Shown here: positions 1 through 22,578 of the stretch, in pieces
Numbering within the stretch: position 1 is the stretch's first letter
Layout: each line of letters starts with the position of its first letter
DNA from: the human T2T-CHM13v2.0 reference genome, Homo sapiens
Direction: 5' to 3' (one strand)
DNA length: 64,000 nucleotides
Assembly: GCF_009914755.1 (NCBI RefSeq)
Contig: NC_060931.1
The notes under the pieces: generated by a model
What the model was told of the DNA's origin: nothing
Seen by the model: the letters and a program-made list of their open reading frames with translations, nothing else
The model's database searches: none
Translations under genes and position numbers: made by a program

Positions 1-296
1 CACAGCCAGTATGAATCCAGGCAATGTGCTTCTAAAGCTTGCAGACTTTACCACACTCTACTAAAATATGGGAAGCATCTTCAATGGTGAAATCTAGTCA
101 GTCATGATAGTCTCCATTGAGTTTTTTCTCAATAGCTTTCAAATTCATTTTACTCTACCACTCCCACAGCAATCTCTCTCATTTGGGTTACTATTAATAT
201 AATTGTCTAATTTTATTAAAGCCATCCCCTAAAAATTCATATTCCCTCTTTATACAGCATAGAATTGTCACTGGGAAATGGCAGCATAGCCAGCAA

Positions 297-500
297 CCAT
301 ATATATACACACATACACACACACAATGTGTGTGTGTATATATATATATATACACATACATATATATACACACACACCCATATGTATATATACACACACA
401 CATGTATATATATAGACACACACACACCCGTATATGTACACACATATATACAGTATATATATATATATATACATATACACAGTATATATAAACAAATACA
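297..500. repeat. (TA)n/(CA)n/(TACA)n compound microsatellite
   Basis: Alternating TA/CA dinucleotide runs. Explains the Y/I/H/T/C/V-rich pseudo-ORFs at 194-513. Confidence 0.95.
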
Positions 501-513
501 TGTACTCTATTAG

Positions 514-990
<477 letters not shown>

Positions 991-1021
991 AGAAACTCCT
1001 GTTTTTAAAACCATCGGATCA

Positions 1022-1340
1022 GGTCAGGCGCAGTGGCTCACACCTGTAGCTTCAGCACTTTGGGAGGCCAAGGAGAGTGGATCACCTGAGGTCAGGAGTT
1101 CAAGACCAGCCTGGCCAACATGGTGAAACTCTATCCCTACTTAAAAAAAAAAAAAAAAAAAAAAATCAAAAAATTAGCCAGGCATAGTGGTGCGTGCCTG
1201 TAATCCCAGCTACTCAGGAGGCTGAGGCAGGAGAATCACTTGAACCCAGGAGGTGGGGGTTGCGGTGAGCCAAGATCGTGCCATTGCACTCCAGCCTGGG
1301 CAACAACAGCGAAACTCTGTCTCAAAAAAAAAAAAAAAAA
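1022..1340 (+). mobile_element. AluS SINE inside THE1, expanded middle A-linker
   Basis: GGTCAGGCGCAGTGGCTCACACCTG...poly-A. Flanked by CCATCGGATC / CCATCAGATC. Confidence 0.93.
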
Positions 1341-1528
1341 GTGGCCATCAGATCTCTTGAGACTTATTCACTATCACAAGAACAGCATGGGAAAGACTTG
1401 GCCCCATGATTCAATTACCTCCCACCAGGTCCCTTGCACAATGTGTGGGAATTCAAGATGAGATTTGGGCGGGGATACAGCCAAACTATATCATATACAT
1501 AAATATATATACACATACATATATATAT

Positions 1529-1784
<256 letters not shown>

Positions 1785-1947
1785 TAACTTATGAAACTGT
1801 TGGTTTTTACAGCTTTCAGAATTTTGGAATTCAGAATGGGGGACTGCGTACCTGTTTCCTCAATAGTAATTGCCCAATTAAACTGTCTAGTCTTATTTTC
1901 TGCAACTCCTCTGTAATTCCAAGGTTTTCAAATTGGGACACATATCA

Positions 1948-2311
<364 letters not shown>

Positions 2312-2638
2312 TCAATCATACCTTGGTGAGTAATATAAAACATTTATATTAAGAAATAGGTATAGCTACGAAAGAACAGATCTCATGTATTTTTAGGACA
2401 AAACGACTTCAAAGAAACTTCTTATGCCACATCAGGCTAAGGTCCCAGACACTGAATGGACAAGTCCTTTCTCCTCTGCCATTAGGAGGACTTAGGCAGA
2501 AAACTTCAACAGCACTGCATACATACTCTGCATGCCAGCCCACCCCTTCTTTAGCTTCATTACCTTCTTATTCTGGCTCAGTGTTTCTGTACCTATGGTT
2601 TCCTCTCCCCAGCTTTGGTGTTTATAAAGATATTTTAA

Positions 2639-2951
<313 letters not shown>

Positions 2952-2979
2952 GGAATTCTCATTATTGAAGATGGTACCC

Positions 2980-3274
2980 AGCCAGGTGCAGTGACTTACA
3001 CCTGTAATCCAAGCACTTTGGGAGGTCAAGGTGAGAGGATCACTTGAGGTCAGGAGTTCGAGACCAGTCTGGACAACATGGCAAAACCCCGTCTCTACTA
3101 AAAATACAAAAATTAGCTGGGCATGGTGGTTTGCACCTGTAATCCCAGCTACTCTGGAGACTGAGGCATGAGAATCACTTGAACCCCAGAGGCGGAGGTT
3201 GCAGTGAGCCAAGATGTGCCACTGTACCCCAGGCTGGGCGACAGGGCAAAACTCCGTCTTAAAAAAAAAAAAAA
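2980..3274 (+). mobile_element. AluS SINE
   Basis: Alu body. TSD AAGATGGTACCC / AAAGTGGTACCC. Confidence 0.92.
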
Positions 3275-3923
3275 GTGGTACCCATGTCTCAGTTTTAAAA
3301 AAACAGCTACACTATTTATGTGATAGGTATATAATTAATGTATGAGTATTCCCAGACTTCCCTTCCACCAAAGAGAATTTTGTCTTTATCTGCTTAGGTT
3401 CTTTTCCCCCCATAATGCCTTCTACTGGAAAATTCTGGTTTTGCCAGATGGGTGCAAGGCTTTTTGTGCTGGAGGAAAAAAAGAATCTTCAAGATGCTAA
3501 ATTGTTTGACATAATAAAGAGCTGAGAAAAACATGCAAGATAGGGAGGAGACAGAAGAGTTGGATGGGCTGAGTGTCATGAATTTGGAACCTGATAGGAT
3601 CTGCAGCTGCTGTGGAGAATACAGCTGGGAACAAGGAGGAAGGACTTTTGAGTGGTTTTACTGTGGATTATGAATTGAAGTCTTTTTGATTCCTTTCAAA
3701 TTACTCTTGATTGCTGGAATGACTGTGCTGCTTTGAGTGTGATTCTGTGTTGCAACCGAGATGGCCAAATGGAGGCCTCTGTGTGTATTATAACTGTTTG
3801 AGATGCTCAGAGACTATCCTGAAGTTCACTCAGATCAGGTAAGTGGGCTCATGTTGTGACTCAGAAAAATTAAGTTTTCATTCAGTTGACCCATTGGCTG
3901 CCATGGTGCTTTTGTCTGTTCAA

Positions 3924-4450
<527 letters not shown>

Positions 4451-4589
4451 CCCATAAAGAACGACTAATGAAGACAGGAAATGTAAGTATAAGTCAGTGA
4501 GGAGCATCAAAATAACAATTTGGTAAATTCTCAAGAGAATCTGCAGATTCATAAATTGCATTCTTCTGATAAAAATTATACAACATATC

Positions 4590-6100
<1,511 letters not shown>

Positions 6101-6194
6101 ATAAAAATGAAATTTAAAAATAAATGTTGACAAATATTTTATATAACGAATGTAACATAATATATCCCTTGTTATGATGAAGAAAATTAACATT

Positions 6195-6760
<566 letters not shown>

Positions 6761-7145
6761 CTTTTTTTTTCTTTCTAATATTTGTTTTAATACTTTAAAA
6801 CAACTAGCAAGAACTCTGTCTCCTATACATGATATTGGTTGGGTGTTTTTTGGCAAAATTGGAATGTTTGGTATTTCCACTTCCTTACACAGAAGCAAAT
6901 GGACAATTTTGGCATTTCGGACGCTCCATATGGAGGTCGGCAAATTACAATTCTGCACCCTGGGGAGGACATAAAACCATTTTCACCTAAATATAACTTT
7001 TAAATGACACACCACTCCCAAATTACAAAACGATTCAAATTTTGTAGGGGGTTCAGATGTGTAAAAAAAGTCAGGAAAAGCGATCCCCTCTAGAACATCT
7101 TCTATCCTACCCTATCAATTGTTTAGTTGCCAGATTAAAAACTTT

Positions 7146-7414
7146 GGCCGTGCGCGGTGGCTCACGCCTACAATCCCAGCACTTTGAGGCGCCGAGGCGT
7201 GCAGATCACCTGAGGTCAGGAGTTCGAGACCAGCCTGACCAACATGACGAAACCCTGTCGCTACTAAAAATACAAAAATTAGCCATGCATGGTGGCGGGC
7301 GCCTGTAATCTCAGCCACTCAGGAGGCTGAGGCAGGAGAATCGCCCCTGAGAATCGCCACCAGGAGGTGGAGGTTGTAGTGAAATGAGATCACGCCATTG
7401 TACTGCAGCCTGAG
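7146..7414 (+). mobile_element. AluS SINE lacking its poly-A tail, CpG-rich
   Basis: GGCCGTGCGCGGTGGCTCACGCC...TACTGCAGCCTGAG. Small duplication of GAGAATCGCC. Confidence 0.9.
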
Positions 7415-7565
7415 GGACTTTTATTGAAGGCCGCAGAGTTAATCAACAGCAGAAGGGCTCACGTGGCTGGGAGGCAGTGGAAAGCGAATGTGTAAGAGGG
7501 GGGTTTCGTGTGGGAAGCGAACCCCACATGGAGGTATGGCTGTACCGGGGCATGGGGGCCCTTAC

Positions 7566-7671
7566 CCGGCCGAAAGAAAAGGAGGGCGCTGGTGAGGTAG
7601 CTAACCACCTCCTTGATCTGATGCTTTTCCAAATACTCCGCGGCTTGGAGCTCCCTGCTGCTGGTCTCCAT
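7566..7671 (-). CDS. EFCAB10: EF-hand calcium-binding domain protein 10, first coding exon (METSSRELQAAEYLEKHQIKEVVSYLTSALLFFRP + 1 nt); remaining exons not found in this window
   Basis: ATG at 7671-7669 in good context (GCGATGG). 35 codons plus 1 nt, then donor G|GTAAGG at 7565. The peptide is recognised as the EFCAB10 N-terminus. Confidence 0.9.
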
Positions 7672-7687
7672 CGCTCCGCGTCCCGCT

Positions 7688-7700
7688 GTTGCTAGGCGAC
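7688..7700. promoter_or_regulatory. RFX X-box (GTTGCTAGGCGAC)
   Basis: One mismatch to the 13-bp X-box GTTGCTAGGCAAC. Lies 16 nt upstream of the ATG. Confidence 0.7.
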
Positions 7701-7747
7701 TGCCTGGCGTCTCAGCCGTGCGACTCTGTCTCCCTCTACCCGGCGCG

Positions 7748-7757
7748 GTCACGTGAC
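7748..7757. promoter_or_regulatory. Palindromic E-box GTCACGTGAC (USF1/2, MiT/TFE CLEAR consensus)
   Basis: Perfect 10-bp palindrome within the CpG-rich promoter. Confidence 0.7.
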
Positions 7758-8038
7758 ACGCCTGACTGCCCTGTGGCTGCGACCCGGACCTGGAATTTCT
7801 AGAGCTCACGGTTCAGGGCAAGCCTGGGGCATGTAGCAGGGCAGAGAGGGCAGGTGAGGTGTGGACCAACGTCACTGTCCGCGATCCAGGCTTAGGGCTG
7901 GGCCCAGGTGCCTTTTTCCATCTCTCTCTAGCACCTAGCTCGGTACTTGTTGATCCAATGATTAACAAGGCTTGAAGTGCTGGCATCACAACTCAGCATG
8001 AACTAATAACAGAAGGAACTTGTGCAATTTTGAGGGTG

Positions 8039-8054
8039 CCCAGTGGAGAGTTCT
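8039..8054. repeat. Left TSD of the YBX1 retrocopy (CCCAGTGGAGAGTTCT)
   Basis: Identical 16-mer at 9603-9618. Confidence 0.97.
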
Positions 8055-11080
<3,026 letters not shown>

Positions 11081-11269
11081 TGACAGTTGTTTTGACGGAG
11101 GGTCACTGAGTAAGGTGGGATGCAAGTAGCTAGGAGGGCCTCTACTCAGTCATGGGAAGACCTGAGAAACTAAAACTCTGGGCTGGGCCATCTGTCCTTG
11201 AGGGCCTGTGCCCACATGCTTCACCCAAGAGTTAGCGCAGAAGCCCCACTTCAAGAAGGGGAATGACAA

Positions 11270-12060
11270 GTGGTCAGTGAACATGTGAAAATATTCTAAG
11301 CCTCTTTGACAATCCAGTAAACAAAACTATAAGAAAATACCATTTCACATCTACCAGACTGATAAAGATTATGAAGTTGAACAATATTAAGTGCTGGCAA
11401 AGATGTCACACAATTAATGAGATGGTCAGTGATCATGGGAGCATAAATTGGAACATCCACTTTGGAAAACGGTTTAGAATTATCTTGGTAATTTAAACAT
11501 GTTTCTACACTCTGACCCAGAAATTCCACTCCAAGAGCAGCTCTTGTCAGTGTATACCAGGAGACATGTACAAGAATGTTTATAGCAGCACCATTCATAA
11601 TAGAAATCACTGACAACGGCCCAAATACCAAGAGTAAAATGGATTTTAAAAACTATAGTATATTACACATGAATACTATGAACCATTTCAACAATCAGTT
11701 GTAGCTACTTGCAACAATATAGGTGAATTTCAAAAACATTGTTTCAATATATATGAATCAATTTAAAGTTTAAAAACATGCCAAACTGAATATATTATTT
11801 ACAGATTCAAACATATGTAGGAAATCTATCAAGAAACACAAGAGAATGGTAAACGCAAAATTCAGCACAGTGTTTGCCTTGGAGGTGGGAGAAAAGGGAA
11901 TGGGTTTAGGGAGGAATATTCTAGGGACTGCAGGATTCATTCTAATGTGATTTTAACTGAGGGGTAGGTTCACAGGTGTTCATCTGATTATGATTCTTTA
12001 TACCTTATATATGTATTTTATAAAATTTTTTGATCTGTTCAGCATTTAGTAAAAATAATT
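11270..12060 (+). mobile_element. Old L1M (L1ME-like) 3' fragment
   Basis: ATACCATTTCACATCTACCAGACTG, CCACTTTGGAAAAC, GACCCAGAAATTCCACTCC, AGAATGTTTATAGCAGCA. Confidence 0.75.
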
Positions 12061-12084
12061 TTTCAGCAGTTGAAAAATAGAGTG

Positions 12085-12386
12085 TGTGGTGCTGAAGGCT
12101 ATTATCCTTAGCTAACTAACGCAGGAACAGAAAACCAAATGCCACATGTTCTCACAAGTGGGAGCTAAATGATAAGAACACATTGACATAAACAAGGAAA
12201 CAACAGACACTGGGGTTGACTTGACAGGGGAGGGTGGGAGGAGGGAGAGGAGCAGAAATGATAACTACAGGGTACTGGGCCTAATACCTGGGTGACGAAA
12301 TAATATGTACAACAAATCCCCTTGATATCTGTTTACCTATGTAACAAACCTTCACATGTGCCCCCAAACCTAATATAAAAGTTACA
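12085..12386 (+). mobile_element. 5'-truncated L1PA (older primate) 3' end
   Basis: CAGAAAACCAAATGCCACATGTTCTCAC...TTTACCTATGTAACAAACC. TSD AAAAATAGAGTG at 12073-12084 and 12387-12398. Confidence 0.85.
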
Positions 12387-12710
12387 AAAAATAGAGTGGA
12401 AACAGGAGATAGAAAATGAATGCTAGGAGACTGAACCAAGTCTGAAACAGAAAGTAGCCATGGTACTGGGGACATGTGAGCACTGTGTCTCCAGAGGGCA
12501 GGCCTACCTTGAGAATGCTGAGCTATCTGGCAGGCCAGAAAAGCCCTGATCATCTGGGAGAACTAGAGGAGATTTTAGGGCTAATGTTTGGGTCCTTGGT
12601 GCAACTTTGAACAGAGAGAAGGGATAATGCTCTTGTCCTCAAGTCTAGAGGAGGTGTTCTGAGGAGGGAAAAGACTTACTCTCTGAAAAGACTTGAAAGC
12701 TGTGTGCCCA

Positions 12711-13745
<1,035 letters not shown>

Positions 13746-13880
13746 TTAATAGCAGAATACTTAAAAAAAAAAATCATATGTGGAATCTCTTCCCATTACC
13801 CCTGTCCACAAATACATATACAACAGATAAAAGAGCACTACACTGGAATTCACATAGAATAAGATCACATTTTCTTGTGT

Positions 13881-14168
13881 TTTTTTTTTTTTTGAGACTG
13901 AGTCTTTGTCACCCAGGCTGGAGTGCAATGGTGCATCTCGGCTCACTGCAACCTCCTCCTCCCAGGTTCAAGTGATTTTCCCACCTCAGCCTCCCAAGTA
14001 TCTGGGATTACAGGCACCTGCCATCATGCCCAGCTAATTTTTGTATTTTTGTAGAGATGGGGTTTCACCATATTGGCCAGGCTGGTCTTGAACTCCTGAC
14101 CTCAGGTGATCTGCCAGCCTCAGCCTCCCTAAATGCTGGGATTACAGGCATAAGCCGCCACGCCCGGC
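13881..14168 (-). mobile_element. AluS SINE
   Basis: TSD AAGATCACATTTTCT on both sides. Confidence 0.92.
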
Positions 14169-14939
14169 AGCAAGATCACATTTTCTAAGCTCCCTTGTTT
14201 TGTATCTTTCTTACAGAAGCATGGCTGGCTGCCTGTGTGATCATAGTGACAGAGTTAACTGGAGCCTGGGGAGCTCTGAGGCAGAGACAGAACTCAGCTG
14301 ACAAAGTTGATGCATTGCTCTGGTGCCTGTGGATCCGAGGGCCCTCTCTGAAGCCTGGTTCCTGATGGGTTCCAGGGAGAGTTTGAAAACTACTGATGTG
14401 GATGTTATTCTTCAGTGGTTTTTTTTTTTTTGATCCACTCCCCTGGGGACTTGCTTTACTTTCAGTGGTAGAAGGGAGAGTAAAGCGTAAACAGGAAGAC
14501 CCAAATTATGTGCCCCTCCTTCAAATTCTGGCTAAGTGCTTGAACCTGCAGGGTTGACCAAAGCTGTGTGATCGCTTGGGAAAGCGGCTCTGGCTCTGCT
14601 TAGCGGCCAGTACAGCAGAGGCGAGGCGATGACAACAGGGATGAGAAATGGAGGGGGAGCCTGCAGTGGTGACAGTGACTATGAGAAGCAGGAGACCACA
14701 GGCCTGGGGAGGAGGATGCGAGTCACAGCAGACAGAGGGGGCTGCTTTACGTCTGCTGTCATGATATCCTTCAACTTGCCCAAGGCCAGTGTGGCCTAAA
14801 CAAAACAAAGTGGAAAAAATGTAAGGAATATTCCTTAATAAGGGAGAGAAGACAAAGTCCTGATCCCCTGCATACAGTGGTTTCTGCTCAGTGCTATAAA
14901 GCACAAGACATTGGGTCTTCTCCTTGAGAACGTCATATA

Positions 14940-15527
<588 letters not shown>

Positions 15528-15837
15528 AGAACATATTTACTTACTCTTCAGGAGTTACTTGGTCCCTGAATAGCTCTGCTCTTTGTACTCTGGAACCTCA
15601 AATGACACTGAAACTGCAATAGTCTGATTTCCTCTGGCTATGAAGTTAGGCTGAGGAGAGCACAGCGGGCCCTGCTGACCTCTTGCCAAGTTTCTGGTTG
15701 TTTTCTTTTCCAACAAGGCTGGGTCCTTTCTGCATCAGAGGAACGACACTGTGTGCTCAGCACTCTCTCAGCACAACTCAGATGGTGCCCTGCATCTCCC
15801 ATTGCCCTGGAAACCACGCTGAAGAGAAGTGTCCGGA

Positions 15838-15850
15838 TGCCACCTAGTGG
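15838..15850 (-). promoter_or_regulatory. CTCF core motif (CCACTAGGTGGCA)
   Basis: Close match to CCASYAGRKGGCR in unique, non-repeat sequence. Confidence 0.6.
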
Positions 15851-16164
15851 AGTTAGCTATTCTCTGTTGGTGCCATCTGTTAATAAACCAAACTGGGCTT
15901 AATGAATCATCTTCAGCATCCTCATAGCACTGCTCCTTCCACAACTTGTCCTCACCTCCTCATCACTCTTAATATTATGACTAATTCTTTTAGTGGTTGT
16001 AGGGTGGCTCCAGGTGGGGGGCATTCATGCTGTGGTTCTCAGTCCGGGCAACACCTTAGAACCACCTGGGAGGCTTTAAAAAGTACTGGTATCTGTGCCC
16101 ATTTCAGGCCGTGAAACACAATCTCCTGGGATGGGGCTGGGACATTGGTGGTTTTGCTGTTGTT

Positions 16165-17330
<1,166 letters not shown>

Positions 17331-17735
17331 AGCTGATAAGCATTAAAAGCTTCCCACATGATTCTAATGGACAACCAGACCCGAGTCCCTGCATTACTCC
17401 AAGCTGGGTGGGTTGAGGCGAAGGGCTGGGCAGCGTTTGATCAGGAGTCCACAAGAGTTTGAGAGTACACAGCTTCTGCTTGGTGTAGACTTACTGTGAT
17501 TCTTGACCCAGCACAAACACTGTAGTCTCCTGGGAAGGCTTTTTGAAAATGCAGCATATCCCACTGCTTCATTTGACTAGCCTAAAAAAGAGAAAGAAAT
17601 TTAAAAAAGGAAAATGCAGTGTCTGCTCCCTCTTCCCCCAGAGAGTCTGATAAAATTGCTTTGCTCTGAAAGTAGGAGTGTGGGCCTGTTTCAGTCATCA
17701 GTTCATTAACAGCTCCCCCGCAGGGTTCTAGAGCA

Positions 17736-17848
17736 TAGAGTGACCAACTGTCCTGATTTGTTATGGAGGGAGGGGTTTCCAGTGCCATGAAACTTTCAGT
17801 GATAAAACTGGAAAAATCCCAGGTAAACTGGAACACTTGGTCACCCTA
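17736..17848. mobile_element. MER81-like hAT-Blackjack MITE
   Basis: Terminal inverted repeats TAGAGTGACCAA ... TTGGTCACCCTA, 113 bp. Confidence 0.8.
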
Positions 17849-18139
17849 TGTGTGGACCACCAGCATAAAGACACTGGGCTTTAGTGTCAGGTAGACTTGT
17901 CAGTCTGCCTGTCAGCCTTGAGTTATAGCTCAGGGTGTGTGTTGGCAGGGGAGGGAATTGTATAAGATGGAAAATGAGGAGACATGAGTGTCCAGAACAG
18001 ACTGGGGCCTGATTTCCTCTCTCCATTTTTTGTTTCAACGAGGAACAAGTCAGAGATGGCTCAGCTAGGAGTTTTGGTTGCTATTAAAAAGGAAGGAAAA
18101 CAATATAAAGGGTAATTTCCTGAGAAAACACGCAGTGTG

Positions 18140-18365
18140 CCGTAATGGCCTTTGGAGCCACACTGCCTCACTTCCAATCCCAGTCTTACCACTGCCCGTT
18201 AACTGTGTCACCTGGGGCAAAAAGCTAGATTCTCTGCCTCAGTTTCCTCATGGATATAATGGGGATAATATATCTACCTCACAGGGGTTGTCTTCAGGAC
18301 CGAATGAACCAATATATGTAAAGCTCTTAAAATGGTGCCAGGCATGTACTAAATGTTTGCCATTA
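18140..18365 (+). mobile_element. MIR SINE
   Basis: Core CTGTGTCACCTGGGGCAA...TGCCTCAGTTTCCTCAT...ATGGGGATAATA. Confidence 0.85.
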
Positions 18366-18499
18366 TCATCTTAGTCTTGTTAAAATGAGAGGAAAAGAAA
18401 AATTCCTATAGTCTCTATAACCTATGTCCATAGGCTGTCCTGCTTGGTTTCCTATGGAAATGTTTTTGGAGTAACATTTCAGATTTTGTGTGTGTGTGG

Positions 18500-19256
<757 letters not shown>

Positions 19257-19620
19257 TAGACTAATAGTGACAACTATTAGAACTCAAATCTCAAAAGTTC
19301 CATCTCAGTCTTTGTAAAATAACATTTAACATCTGAGGCAGTACAAGATGGACTCGAAAAGTGTATCCAGCCTTTGCTCATTCTTCATGGACCTAAAAAG
19401 CAAACATGCTTAAAACATTTTAAAACACTAAATTCATTTTACCAAACATGAAAGTGTAGAAAACATCGAGTGGCCACAGTATGAAGGATGGCAGGACAAG
19501 GTTGGGATCGTGGGCCTATGATACCCCTTTACAGTACTTCATTAAAAAAACTTGCTTCTCCCGATGCTAATATCTCATAACTGTAGAATCAGTAAATTGA
19601 CATTGCTACAATGCTATTAA

Positions 19621-19946
<326 letters not shown>

Positions 19947-20199
19947 TCCTGTTTCATTTTTGAGGCTACTTCTGAATTTCAGAACATCATATTATAAACT
20001 GAGCCTAAATTTAGCTCCCATCACACTGGCTAGTTCTGTTTAAGCTTTAATTAGGTCCACCAAATTGAAGCCCAGAACAAAATTTATGAACACCAACACT
20101 CTTTGATCTTCTATATTATTTATATGAAAGGTGACCACAGATGATCTCCTATTTACACAAGTTACATGGGGAAGTCAAGGACCCTTTCCCAAGAGGCTT

Positions 20200-20350
20200 C
20201 CCCACTTACTAGCTGTTATGATCTTGAACAAATTACCTGATCTCTTTAAACTTTGGTTTTCTCACCTGTAAAATGGAGATAATAATCTTACATACCTCAC
20301 AGTTATTTTGAGGATTAAATTAGAAAAACTGTGAAACACATGATCAATAA
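20200..20350 (+). mobile_element. MIR SINE
   Basis: CCACTTACTAGCTG...CTGTAAAATGGAGATAATAAT...GAGGATTAAAT. Confidence 0.8.
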
Positions 20351-20994
20351 CATTATTTACCACCACTGCCACCACCAGGGGAATCCTAGCCCTTTAGCTC
20401 ATTTCTTGATATCAGAGCAGTGCCGGTACTGCTTAGAGCTGGGAGTCTGCCCTGGGTGCAGACTAGAAGTCTTTGCTCTCCTGGCAGATGGCGAGGTGGA
20501 AGGGTGTACTTTCTCATAGCTGGGATGATGGCCAGGTGGCACGCAATCCTGTCTTCCCTGGCTGAAACTGAGAATGCATTTCCCAAAATGCTACTGTATT
20601 GATATTAGACTTCAGGTGCATCATGGGGCCTTTATGGGTTGTCCTGCAACCTAATCACCCTTGATTTTGCATTTAAATGAAGATTATATTAGGTTGCAAA
20701 TGAAACATTTGGAGCATAGCCCACAGAGCGGGGATCACTTATACGAGGAAGACAGATAGTTACTCGTATATTATTTTTGAAACTAAGACATCACTTTGCC
20801 TGAATACCCTTTTCAAGCAGAAATATGGTTAAAAGTTTAAAATGGTAAAATTTTTAGTATTGAGTGTTGGTCACTTCCAAAGGACAGCCAGGTTCTCATC
20901 GGTGGCTCTAGGGGATACATTATTTCACACAGTCGAACATGAATTAATATAGTATTGCTGGTCACAGTATGTCTGCTGCATTGGACAGAATCGG

Positions 20995-21187
20995 CAGTAT
21001 ACTGGAGCTGGTTTGCACAGCCTCAGGAGCATCGATGGTGTCTCTTTTCAGCTCTGTGTTCAGTGAGGACAGGCTGCTGCTAGCTTGATATTAGCCATGG
21101 TGGGCATATTTCTGTCACAGAAATTCACAGACGCTTTCCCTCTCACCCCCCATAGGCTGTTGTTTCACATTTACCAGCATACCACTA
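20995..21187. mobile_element. MER63A-like hAT MITE
   Basis: TAGCTTGATATTAGCCATGGTGGG and terminal TTTACCAGCATACCACTA. Confidence 0.6.
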
Positions 21188-21189
21188 GC

Positions 21190-21310
21190 TCCTTCATTGT
21201 TCATTCAACAATCATTTGTTGTATACCAACTGTATGCCTGATGCTATTTAGGAACTGAACAACACTGAACAAGACAGCCCAGGTCCTTCCCTCTTGGAAT
21301 TTTAAGGTGA
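21190..21310 (-). mobile_element. L2 3' end fragment
   Basis: TTCATTCAACAATCATTTGTTG...GAACAAGACAG. Confidence 0.7.
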
Positions 21311-21586
21311 TCTCTAAAGACAAATTTGATGTTCACAGAAATATGAAATACACATATTTTTGGAATGAAAAAGCCCCAGAATGTCAATGTAACCCATATG
21401 GTAATCCACACCAAGCTTTACAATACAAAATCTCCCTTGGAAAATTGAAGCAGATTGCTTTTAAAGACATCCCAGGCATTCCCTTTTTAACCATTTCCAG
21501 AGAAATAGATTCCACAACTTTTCACTGTAATTATTTTTTATCACTTTCAGTTTTTCTCTGGTCCTGTATCCATCCAATCTCTTTAA

Positions 21587-22578
<992 letters not shown>

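Larger units (their letters stand above)
7600..7900 (-). promoter_or_regulatory. EFCAB10: CpG-rich EFCAB10 promoter / 5' UTR
   Basis: Local CpG enrichment around the first exon, plus X-box and E-box motifs. Confidence 0.75.

Noticed and set aside
194-513. Four overlapping Y/I/H/T/C/V-rich ORFs
   Set aside because: They are translations of a (TA/CA)n microsatellite.
3836-3844. Perfect plus-strand donor CAG|GTAAGT after a unique 400-bp block (possible antisense lncRNA exon)
   Set aside because: No convincing acceptor, promoter or ORF found. Single 9-mers occur by chance, so RNA data would be needed.
7672-7809. N-terminal extension of EFCAB10 in ORF 7459-7809
   Set aside because: Starts at GTG within promoter sequence. 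The ATG at 7671 has good context and matches the recognised N-terminus. The ORF tail beyond 7566 is intron.
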